Shown: positions 36,692 to 47,546 of the stretch, in pieces
Numbering within the stretch: the stretch's first letter is position 1
Layout of the letters: every line of letters begins with the position of its first letter
Assembly (NCBI RefSeq): GCF_001194135.2
Contig: NC_068985.1
Coordinates: 49,424,121-49,475,508, forward strand
DNA from: Octopus bimaculoides
Taxonomy: Eukaryota
Direction: 5' to 3'
Length of the DNA stretch: 51,388 nucleotides
Notes under the pieces: generated by a model
Seen by the model: the letters and a program-made list of their open reading frames with translations, nothing else
The model's database searches: none
Told to the model about the DNA's origin: nothing
Program-made: the position numbers and the translations under genes

Positions 36692-37089
36692 GGCACAGGA
36701 GTGGCTGTGCAGTAAGTAGCTTGCTTACCAACCACATGGTTCTGGGTTCAGTCCCACTGCATGGCACCTTGGGCAAGTGTCTTCTACTATAGCCTTGGGC
36801 CGACCAAAGCCTTGTGAGTGGATTTGGTAGACAGAAACTGAAAGAAGCCCATCGTATATATGTATGTGTGTTTATATGTTTGTGTGTCTGTGTTTGTCCT
36901 CCCAACATCGCTTGACAACCGATGCTGGTGTGTTTACATACCCGTAACTTAGCAGTTCGGCAAAATAGACCGATAGAGTAAGTACTAGGCTTACAAAGAA
37001 TAAGTCCAGTGGTCGATTTGCTCAACTAAAGGCGGTGCTCCAGCATGGCCGCAGTCAAATGACTGAAACAAGTAAAAGAGTAAAAGAGT
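36692..37089 (+). mobile_element. SINE group A, full length, young, short central microsatellite
   Basis: Near-identical to 4917-5427. Confidence 0.92.
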
Positions 37090-37313
37090 AATCAATGTAT
37101 TCTCTGATACACAAAATGAGGATCATGATTGCTCTCTCACTCAGAGCAGACCTGTGGCTAAACAACAACAATAGTAACATGGAAAGATATATTGCAAGCA
37201 CATCTAATTCACACTGGAATACAATTTTTTAGGGTAACAATAAACACTGGATGATATCAACAATTACAACAATGGCCATACATAAACCAGTAAAGGGAAC
37301 TGCTACACATTGC

Positions 37314-37544
37314 TTAATATTTTAGCATTTAGACTGGATAAATTCAGCCAAAAATATTCTACCAGTTTTATGTTCAAACCAGTTTGATATGCCCACCCTC
37401 ACCCATACTCTACAATGCCATTCTAAAATGAAACACTCACATCTTTGAAATCTTGAATCTACAAAATATTGCACAGTTAGTTCAAAACAATGTGAATAAA
37501 TAGGCCTTACATTAGACAAAGTAATCTGAATGTTAAAGGATTAA
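37314..37544. mobile_element. piggyBac-like MITE family 1
   Basis: TTAA at both ends and degenerate TIRs tattttagcatt / aatgttaaagga. The interior is homologous to 41175-41378. Confidence 0.65.
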
Positions 37545-38059
37545 CCTGTAAGAAATAGTGACCAAATTTGTCACAATTGCAATCTAACATCTTAAATGAG
37601 GAAAGAACATAGATAATACAGTTATACATAACTCTTTAATTGATAGGATGGTCTAGGTTGGAATGCTTTTGATCATAAATCTGTTGAGTGTCAGGGTTGA
37701 TGTGAAGCTTAACGACAGTAATAAAGATCATAGGAAACAAATTATTGATGGGGTTTCTACAGAGACACTCAACAACAGTAGTAAGAAAGATAATGATGAT
37801 GATGACGATGATGATGTCGGTAATAAAGACAACAAAAACAGCATCAATGATGATGATGACAATACTGACACTGACAATGTAAATGATACAATATCAATAA
37901 TGATGATGATATGACAGCAACCAAGATGATGATAATAATGCCAATGATGATGATGATGATGATATAAATTATGATGATGTTAACGATGCTGCTGTTGATG
38001 ATGATGATGATGGTGATTTTATTTCTAAGTGTTCATTGCTTACAGAGAATATGAACACA

Positions 38060-38255
38060 TCAATAAAATAACAGCCAAATCACTCTCAAATCATACTCTA
38101 TTGCCTTAAAAAAAGGGAAGGATACAGTGGATAACGAAGTTCTAAACACACCATGCCTCAGAGAGGTAAAAAGATGGAATGGTCAAGATTGGAAAGCTTT
38201 TAATTATAGATCTTCTCAATCAAGGTTGTCCTGGAGCAAAGCAACAACAAAACTT
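38060..38255 (+). mobile_element. SINE-like 3' fragment (group F) with (AAC)n tail
   Basis: cagccaaatcactctcaaatca...gatggaatggtcaagattggaaagctttt...ggagcaaagcaacaacaa; related pieces at 12680-12790, 15445-15560, 17005-17075, 37645-37715, 39000-39390 and 47235-47295. Confidence 0.55.
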
Positions 38256-38324
38256 AATAGACAAACAACATACCCACACAATACTGTTTGTAATACTAAA
38301 CATTATTATTATTATTATTATTAT

Positions 38325-38362
<38 letters not shown>

Positions 38363-38366
38363 TTGT

Positions 38367-38582
38367 AAGGTGGTAAGCTGGCAGAATTGTTAACATGCTA
38401 GACAACATGCTTGGCAGCATTTCATCCATCTTTATGTGCTGAGTTCAAGTTCCACCAAGGTTGACTTTGCCTTTCATCCTTTCTGGGTCGATAAAATAAG
38501 TACCAGTTGTGTACTGGGGTCGATGTATTAGACTCATCCCCCCTACCCTGAATTACTGGCCTTGTGCCAAAATTTGAAACCA
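38367..38582 (+). mobile_element. SINE group B, full length
   Basis: ggtggtaagctggcagaattg..., B-box-like gagttcaagttcc, tail ggccttgtgccaaaatttgaaacc-attat. A second head follows at 38603-38680. Confidence 0.85.
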
Positions 38583-40544
38583 TTATGATTATCATTATTA
38601 TTAAGGCAGTAAGCTGTCAGAATTGCTAGTGAGCTGGGAAAAATGCTTAATAAAATTTCATGTCTTTAAATTCAATTTTCATCAACCAAATCCGCAAGGC
38701 TTTGGTCTGCCTGGACTCATAGTAGCTGGCACCTGTCCAAGGTACCATGTAGTGGGACTGAACTCACCACTGTGTAAATTGATATTACTGTCTTCACCAT
38801 GGGATATAATACAAGGATGGTGTTCTTGTATTTTCAAGAACATATGATGCTCAAATGAGATAAACATAAATTCTCTGTGAATGGAATCAGCAAAACTATT
38901 TTCAGATAACCACTTGGAACATCTTACATTTTTTAACTAAGTCTTTTAAGAAAAGCATGAATGACACAGTTCCTCATTCTCTTTTTCAATGTAACTTGTG
39001 GGGTTACTCTATGTTTAACTCACATCAGTCCTTATTGAGCAGAGCTATGTTCAAAGGTGTTTCCATCCAGAAACGATGTATGGAAGAGTACAGGTGTTCT
39101 AGCTAATAATCATAATATAAAAGTTCAAAGGTGTCCTGGCTAACCACAACTATATACAGAAGCATGTACGGAAGATCAAAGGTGTTCTAGACATAATGTA
39201 TGCAACATCAAAAATCTAATGATGAACATGTATGGAAGATCAAAAGTATTCTAGCCATAACCATACATAGTAGATCAAAAGCATTCTAGCCTCAACCATT
39301 AACATCAGACAACTTAATTTCACCTGCCCTTCCATTCATTTTTAAGAGACAGTGATTTGAAAGAAAATGGTTGCTAGTTCTAGCAGGTCAAACTAATTGG
39401 CTTGATTAACATCATTGCATCGGTAGAAATCAAACTCAAACCAAACTGCCCACATGACTGATGACTGATGTATGATAACATAAGGGTTTTGTATTCTTTA
39501 AAACACCTTCCTTAACTCATTAATTTTGGAAGCAATTTTTAAAATATCATTAAAAAAAAAAGCAACAAAAAATACTTAATATAAAATTTTTTTTTAAATC
39601 ACTTACAATTATCCAGTTTTTGGCTTTTGTTTTCACTGTCAGTTTAAGTTAGCTGAGAGAGCTCAATGTTGATAATGAAGAAAAATACAGCAACATAGCT
39701 TTTCTCTCTCTCTCCTTTTACTCTCACCACCACTCTTTCTCTTTCCCCTCTCTCTCAGAGGCTAAATAGAAACAAGAATATTGACTGTGTATAGAAACAT
39801 ATACATTTGTGTGTATGTATATATGTACAACCACACACACAGTCCTTGTTCATGAATATTCATACCTACATTAAATATACACACATATGCACATCATTGA
39901 TGGATATTGACACAGACACACACACACACTTATGTTATTGTTAAAGCTAAGATCTTTTTATTATCAGCAGTCACCATGACTAGGCCACTTCTCTTAACAC
40001 TTGGAGTTCATGTTGTTATAAACAGGAGATGGTCATTCTCATGTAAAAATAATGATAGCATTGATGGTGTCACAGTTACTCAAAATAGATGAGGAAGCAG
40101 CAGCAGCAGCAGCAGCAGCCAGCAGCAGTACCGGTTGTAGTACATATGGAAGACTGCTTTAATAACCATAACAATAACTAATTTCAGTTACAGCCCAAAA
40201 AAAAAAAAAAAAACCCACCACCACCACCAGTATCACCATCAACACTAATACCACTATAACAAGCAATAATTATGATATAACAATTACCACCATTATCATT
40301 ACTGCTGCTGCTATTACTCTCACATCTCTATCATAACCACCACCACTACTATCACCTTTGCCATTACCACCATCACCACCATCACTACCACCAGCATGTC
40401 TAGTTGATGACAACTGACAAGGCACTAAACAACAAAACAACTAAATTTTGTTGTTTTAATAAATATCAATTATTTCAACTAAACAATTTAGATGAAACAA
40501 TAGATATTTATAGAAACAAAGTTATTACAGTTTTTATAGAATAT

Positions 40545-40980
40545 ATGTGGTAGAGTTAACAGCACATCAGACAGATTCAGATAGACTGCTTTGTCTTTGT
40601 CTTTATTCTCTGTAAATCAAGTTCAAATTTTGTCAATGTTGAATTTGCCTTTGATTCCCTAGGGCAGTGGTTCCCAAACTTTTTCGGGCAGCCACCCACT
40701 TCACACTTAGGCCACATTCCTAGCACCTCCATCCCTACTAACCATCACAAACATAGACCTCTTGCTGAAGCAAATTTAAAACAACTGTATTTCACAAATA
40801 AAACTTAACCTAATGAACCCATTATTTTGTTGTTTTTACATGAATTACTACCCCATTATTGCTTCACTTTTCTTCAATTCCCCCCTTGGAATTTTCCACC
40901 GCCCCAGGGGAGCAATACCGCCCACTTTGGAACTACTGCCTTAGGGGGTTGATAAATAAAGTACAAGGTAAGCACCAATT
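40545..40980 (+). mobile_element. SINE group B split by a hAT MITE
   Basis: aagttcaaattttg...ttgcctttgattcc | MITE | ggggttgataaataaagtac is colinear with the intact 38367 copy. Confidence 0.65.
40665..40938. mobile_element. hAT (Charlie/MER5-like) MITE with 8-bp TSD
   Basis: TIRs CAGTGGTTCCCAAA / TTTGGAACTACTG. TSD ccctaggg (40657-40664) / ccttaggg (40939-40946), 7 of 8 identical. Confidence 0.85.
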
Positions 40981-41044
40981 CCTCCCCTCCTCTTCTTCTC
41001 TCCCTCTCTCTCTCTCTCTCTCTCTCACCTCTCTCTCCATCTCC

Positions 41045-41175
41045 TCCCTGAAGGAACCAAGGAAGACCCATTTACAATGCTGCCACCAATTCTTTCACCC
41101 ACACTGTGGACTTGCTATCAAAGAAGAATATTCATTATTGATTTCCAACATAGACGTTCCTTGTTGAGGGAGAGG
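41045..41175 (-). mobile_element. Possible CR1/L2-type LINE 3' fragment
   Basis: Minus frame QVHSVGERIGGSIVNGSSL resembles CR1 ends (RV...W..LP..IVN..SL..F). Weak. Confidence 0.25.
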
Positions 41176-41378
41176 GGACAGCCCAAATATTCTACATTGT
41201 TTTGCATTCAAGCTGGCCAGATCAAGCTTCTTATACCTACCCAACAACGTCATTCTAAAAATAAATGACCACATCACTGATATCTCAAAACTTAGGATAA
41301 TTCATGATTAATTCAAAGCAATGTGGAAATATAGGACACAACATTTGTCAGAGTAATCTAAATGTTAAAGGGTTCACC
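41175..41378. mobile_element. piggyBac-like MITE family 1, left end truncated
   Basis: Homologous to 37314-37544; right end aatgttaaagggtt. Confidence 0.65.
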
Positions 41379-41446
41379 TTGTGTGAGTAGCGTTTTGAAT
41401 AGCAGAAACTGTGGGTAAGGAAGCCCTGTGTGCGTGCGTGCGTGTG

Positions 41447-41478
<32 letters not shown>

Positions 41479-41869
41479 GAAAATATACACTTTAGCAAGA
41501 AATTGTCAGTAAATTGGTATATCAGACAAAAATTTTTTTTATGGATATCTTGCCTGGGTTATGTGCTCACTTCTGTGTCACTCTCTCCTGTGAAAATGCA
41601 GAAGACATATGGCCGGCCTGCGAGGGGCATATACTCAATAATGCTATTTGTTCACAAATGTATGATTTATGAAATAAAAAAATAACTCATTATGTTGCCT
41701 TAACATTATCACAAACACTGAGCTGTTCTCACACAATACTATATTAACACTAAAACTGAAATATAATTCATTATGGATATTTTAACACAAAATACTTAGC
41801 TTTTAGACTTAACATATATTTGAATACCAATACTGGACCAGATTTTGTGGCAGGATATTTTAACAGCTC

Positions 41870-42555
41870 AGTGAGTACTGATGCACATTGCGATGCAATC
41901 TCAATGTGCATTAATACTGAGGAAGTTGCAGCCTTAGTGTGCTCAATTCTGAGGAAACTGCAACCATAATGTGCATCAACAGTCAGAAATAGCAGCAGTA
42001 GTTGATTGTCAAACAAGGCATCATGAATGATTATTTTTCTATAAATGCAAATAGTGATATAAATGCACAGAACAAAATGGACATAGTAGCCTAATTATGA
42101 GGGTGCTCAGCTCATTATCATAAGGTTGAGGGTTCAGTTCCTAGACCTGGAAGTGTATTGTATCCTTGAGCAGAGCACTTTATTTCACATTGTTCCAGCT
42201 TACTCAGCTGGAAATGTGTACCAAGTGACTGCTGATGCATCTATGAAATGTGCAGCAGTGCTAAGAAATATGTAGAATTAATGTGCAACAATGCTAAGAA
42301 ATATACTGTCTTAATGTGGATGGATGCAGAGAAAGCTTCAATCTTAATGTGCATCAATACTTGAAAAGTTGCAATCTCAATGTGCATCAACACTGAGAAA
42401 GTTGCAACCTTAGTGTGTTCAATTCTCTGGAAACTGCAACCATAATGTGCATCAACAGTCAGAAAGCAGCAACTTTAATGAGCATCAATACTCAGAAAGC
42501 TGCATTCTTAGTGTATTGTAGAAATATGCAACTTCAACATGCATCAATGCACTGA
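41870..42555. repeat. Degenerate ~33-bp minisatellite interrupted by a SINE
   Basis: Unit approximately AATGTGCATCAATACTGAGAAAGTTGCAACCTT. The block 41894-41997 recurs at 42370-42472. Confidence 0.75.
42080..42225 (+). mobile_element. tRNA-derived SINE (E-type head plus central domain)
   Basis: gagggttcagttcc B-like box, then tccttgagcagagcactttatttcacattgttccagcttactcagctgg. Confidence 0.7.
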
Positions 42556-43042
42556 TTTGTACAGCTCCCTCTTGAGTTCAGAATCATAACATTCTCAATA
42601 TGCTGCTTATTTATATCATAAGAATAACCCTTTACAGACATACAATGTTTTATGATTCACATACTTTACCCAGAAGAGAAATGGATGCAACAAAGGTCCC
42701 TATAAAGGCTTCTGAGATTTGTGAAAGGTAGGGAGAAAGTTAACATCAGATCAGAGACTAGGATCTAATGTTTGTAGCAGAATGATGATGGTGCTAAATG
42801 AAAGGATCTCTGTCAGTTTTGACAGTAAGTATTCATTGTTCCATTAATTGTATGACCAACTCATTGAATAATAGTGTAAGAAACTGAGTATTTTGCAGAA
42901 ACATTTACCCGTAACTATATAAAAACAGGAACAAGGTTGTCAAAAAAATTTCTCTAATAAAGCTTTGGGCAACCCAAAGCACAAGACATGTGACAAGGTT
43001 GAATCTGAAGCCACATAATTGCAAAGTCAATCTGTTCTGTAA

Positions 43043-43258
43043 CCCTTTTGATACCAACCCACTTGTGACTGCCTTGATTCTATGACAAAGATTTTGTTTC
43101 AAAGGGATGTAAATTAATATTTTCTATCAAAATTTTACACTCATCTATGTTCCAAATACCAGCTTCATAACAAAGTTATATCAATAAATTCTTCCTTATT
43201 TTCAGAATTAATTGAAACAAAGGCTATATATTTCAATGGAAATATGGTAACAAAAGGG
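43043..43258. mobile_element. piggyBac-like MITE family 2
   Basis: TIRs CCCTTTTGATACC / GGTAACAAAAGGG (12 of 13 match), flanked by GTAA and TTAA. Confidence 0.8.
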
Positions 43259-43329
43259 TTAAATGTGCTTAGTTTAAAGTTATTGTTGTAAGTATGTGTT
43301 TTAAATGAAGAAGGCTTTGGAGTGTGAAC

Positions 43330-43560
43330 ATTCAGAGAGTCAGAGAGAAATGTTTCGGGGGGCAGTTTTTGGTTATGGACAAAGAGTTGGATCGTTTTGG
43401 TAATTTTCTTTGTGAGGGGTGGATAGTGTATGTTGGGAGTTATTGGGATCTAGAGTAATATCTACAAAATCCACAGTTTTTATGTTGGTATTTTTAGAAA
43501 TTTTCAGGCCATTTATCCATGACCAGAGATCATTCCAAACATTCCCTAAATCAGATTGAA
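43330..43560 (-). mobile_element. Penelope-like element RT C-terminal fragment
   Basis: GLKISKNTNIKTVDFVDITLDPNNS...HKEN...PT matches the PLE pattern GL.IT...N...V.FLDVTL.L....Y.PY.KPN. Confidence 0.7.
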
Positions 43561-44109
43561 GAATTGAGCTTTCCAATTTACTCAAACACACACACAGATG
43601 TAGAAAAAAGAGACATTGAAGTGTAGGTAAAAATATAGAAAAACAAGAACACAAAAAAGAGAAACAGAGAAAAGTATACAATCAAAAAAATTCTAACATA
43701 CAACATTGTATGAATGGGAGTGTTATTTCGATGGAAGTAACCATTATTATCCAGGAATAACCAATCAGTATCTGGGAAGCAGCAGCCTTGAGTGGAGGGG
43801 GATAGGAAGGGGGAAAATGTCATAAATTTGAAATGTCACTCAAGCTATAATCTGAGAGATTAACATGGAGGGGATGGATTGTTACCAAACGCGTACAACA
43901 GAAGGACACTAATCATTTTGTCAGTCAGCAGTTAAATACATGCACACACACACATATGCATGCACACACACACACACACAGGCGCATGAACTCAGAAGCG
44001 CTCATAAAATACAGCAGCATCAGAGGCACATACATACATCTACCCATACATTCATGTAAATACACAGAGGTCCACTAGCACGTTCATGAAATACTCACCC
44101 AGGCCCCAT

Positions 44110-44760
44110 CCCCACAGTGATACCTTGGACATGTGTCTTCTACAATGGCTCCAGGCTGACAAAGCCTTGTGAATAGATTTTGGTAGATAGAAATGAGAGA
44201 AGCCTGTCACATAAATGTATATATATATCTAAGTGTGTGTCTTTGTGTTTGTCTCCCATCTTCACTTGACAACCAGTGTTGGCTTATGTCGCTCTAACTT
44301 AGCAGTTTGACAAAAGAGACCAATAAAGTAAGTGCCAAGTTTTAAAACGTTAAGTACTGGGGTTGATTTGTTCAACTAAATCTGTCAAGGTGGTGTCCCA
44401 GCATGGCTACAATCAAATGACAAACAAGTAAAAGATATATATATGGCAACCAATATTAGTGTGTTTACATCTCCATAATCTAGTGGTTCAGCAAAAGAGA
44501 CTGATAGAATAAGTACTAGGCTTACAAAGAATAAGTTATGAGGTCAGTTTGTTCAACTAAAGGTGGTGCTCCAGCATGGCCGCAGTCAAATGACTGAAAC
44601 GAGTAAAAGAGTATATATATATATAGAGAGGCATGGCTATGTGGTAAGAAGCTTGCTTCCCAAACACATGATTCTGAGTTCAGTCCCACTGCATGGCACC
44701 TTGGACATGTGTCTACAACAGCTGAAGGTTAATCAAAGCCTTGTGAGTGGAGTTGGCAAA
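44110..44760 (+). mobile_element. Cluster of three SINE group A pieces (44110-44415, 44445-44612, 44630-44760)
   Basis: Repeated group A body/tail and head motifs in the same orientation. Confidence 0.75.
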
Positions 44761-44974
44761 TAAAAAATAAAAAAAACATCAAAGTCAATTGGATTTACAT
44801 AGTGAATATATTAGATTGATAATGCACAGTGGAAGTTTTAGATGAAAGAATAGGAGGAGAAATGACGTTTTGAGTTTGGTTTTTTTGTCAGAAAGAGGAA
44901 GAGTGCAGAGAAGAGGAAAAGGAGAAATGAGAAGATAGTCCGGAGAAAGCACATGTTGCTACATGACTGAAAAT

Positions 44975-45015
<41 letters not shown>

Positions 45016-45996
45016 GTGTCTCTTGACCTTAACACCATGTTGTAAATGAAGGTCACAGTTATGCAAGCAGTGTTCTTTGTTCCCAATCTTCTATGGAAAC
45101 ATGTCTTGTTGTGGAGAAATATTACCTTACTTGGAAATAAGTGAGGGTTGGTGACAGGAAGGGTATCTCAGTTGCTGAAAATCCACCTTCACAAAATTCT
45201 GTCTGACCCAAGTGAGTGTGGAACAGTTGTTCCAAAAATCAAAAATGTGTACGAGAAAGTGCACACACAGACATAAGCTAAGTTTCAACGAGCACAGGTA
45301 AAAACATACATATTACACGTAAACACACACACACACACAAATGTTCAAACAATTTTATACACACGCATATGATGTGTAGCATACAGTCATATATATATAC
45401 CCACAAATACAGATACAAATATTCATCACCATCATTTATCATTAGCTTTTCAAAACCTGTATGAGTCAGATGGAGTTTGTTGTGGCAGATCTTCAACAGT
45501 CGGATGCCCTTTCTTTTACCAATCCTCCTCTGCTTCCAAGCAAAGTACTATTTCTTCATAGAAGACGGGAAATGAACAACCTCACCTATATAATGATGAT
45601 GAAGATGATGCTTATTTACAACCATGCTATGTCTAGATAAATATACACACAAACACATACACACATGTACATATACCTATTTATAGATGCCAATCTCTCC
45701 ACCCTGAAGACAGAAGCTAGATTTACCGTAATGTTTATATGGATTCATTACTGGTTACTGGTCAAAATTTATTCTTAACTTTTTGCCCATTCCATCTGCT
45801 AACATTTCAACTATTACACAATTCTGAACCCCTAGAAATAGCTATCAGACCTAAAATACCATACCCTCTCCCCTTACTTTTCTGTACCTTTTATACTCCT
45901 TATAAATTGGTTCTGTAAATATATAAATTTTCATATGTTTATATGAGTGTTCCTCTTCTGAATATTTTCAGTTTTTGCTTCTTTCTCTTTATATAT

Positions 45997-46046
<50 letters not shown>

Positions 46047-47374
46047 NNNNNNNNNNNNNNNNNNNNNNNNNNNNNNNNNNNNNNNNNNNNNNNNNNNNNN
46101 NNNNNNNNNNNNNNNNNNNNNNNNNNNNNNNNNNNNNNNNNNNNNNNNNNNNNNNNNNNNNNNNNNNNNNNNNNNNNNNNNNNNNNNNNNNNNNNNNNNN
46201 NNNNNNNNNNNNNNNNNNNNNNNNNNNNNNNNNNNNNNNNNNNNNNNNNNNNNNNNNNNNNNNNNNNNNNNNNNNNNNNNNNNNNNNNNNNNNNNNNNNN
46301 NNNNNNNNNNNNNNNNNNNNNNNNNNNNNNNNNNNNNNNNNNNNNNNNNNNNNNNNNNNNNNNNNNNNNNNNNNNNNNNNNNNNNNNNNNNNNNNNNNNN
46401 NNNNNNNNNNNNNNNNNNNNNNNNNNNNNNNNNNNNNNNNNNNNNNNNNNNNNNNNNNNNNNNNNNNNNNNNNNNNNNNNNNNNNNNNNNNNNNNNNNNN
46501 NNNNNNNNNNNNNNNNNNNNNNNNNNNNNNNNNNNNNNNNNNNNNNNNNNNNNNNNNNNNNNNNNNNNNNNNNNNNNNNNNNNNNNNTATATATATATAT
46601 ATTAACATATGTTTACATATATTTACATGTGTATACTTTATATATCAAGCCCAAGCATGTTAAATGTTTCTTTGCATCATTATCTCTATACCTATTTAGA
46701 TCTATTTATACATATGCATATATGATGGGCAGTTCACATGTATATATGTGCATGCACACACCACACAAATATTAATAATTATACATTTCTAAACATATAT
46801 GCACACATGTTTATAGAGTTATATGTTTATAAGCACAAAAAATATATATTAAGAATTATAAACTTTATAAACTAATGTATAAATACAAAACACACAAAAA
46901 TCTATCTTCAGCTATATGCACATAATTGCATTTTCAATCATTCATGTAACAAATGATATAGTAATTAAAAATGCATGTATACACATGCTTGCAGACATAA
47001 CATGCCTGGACATGTACATAAAAGCACTCATACATCTATATATGCACATACACACACAGGTGTGTGTGTGTGTGTGTGTGTACACGCACATACACAAATG
47101 ACTGAATTTAAAACAAGAATTTTTTGGTGGTCACATGAATTGCTAGAGATAGCTAACAAATCCCCCTCAAACCACTCTCTATTGTGTTAAATGATGCATT
47201 GGATAGTGTAGTCCTACATATACAATACCTAAGACAAAGATGAGATGGTCATGGTTAGAACATCTTTAATCATAAGTCTCATTATTAACAACTTCATGTT
47301 TAAGTTATCCTCCATGTGAGGCAACATTTTTTAATAAAGCATCCTGATTTGAAATTTGCAGAACACAGGCATAC

Positions 47375-47446
<72 letters not shown>

Positions 47447-47497
47447 ATGTATGTATGTATACATAAACACAGCCAGAATATAGAGCACATATGCAAG

Positions 47498-47529
<32 letters not shown>

Positions 47530-47546
47530 AAGTGTATAGTATTATA

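Larger units (their letters stand above)
5126..46587. other. Assembly gaps at 5126-5175, 13286-13648, 19180-19516, 20896-21138, 24283-24292, 26229-26328 and 46047-46587
   Basis: Runs of N, mostly abutting microsatellites. Confidence 0.99.

Noticed and set aside
13154-46775. Long ORFs containing X runs (13154..13765, 18921..19601, 20846..21220, 26134..26535, 45931..46775)
   Set aside because: Artefacts of reading through N gaps and dinucleotide repeats.
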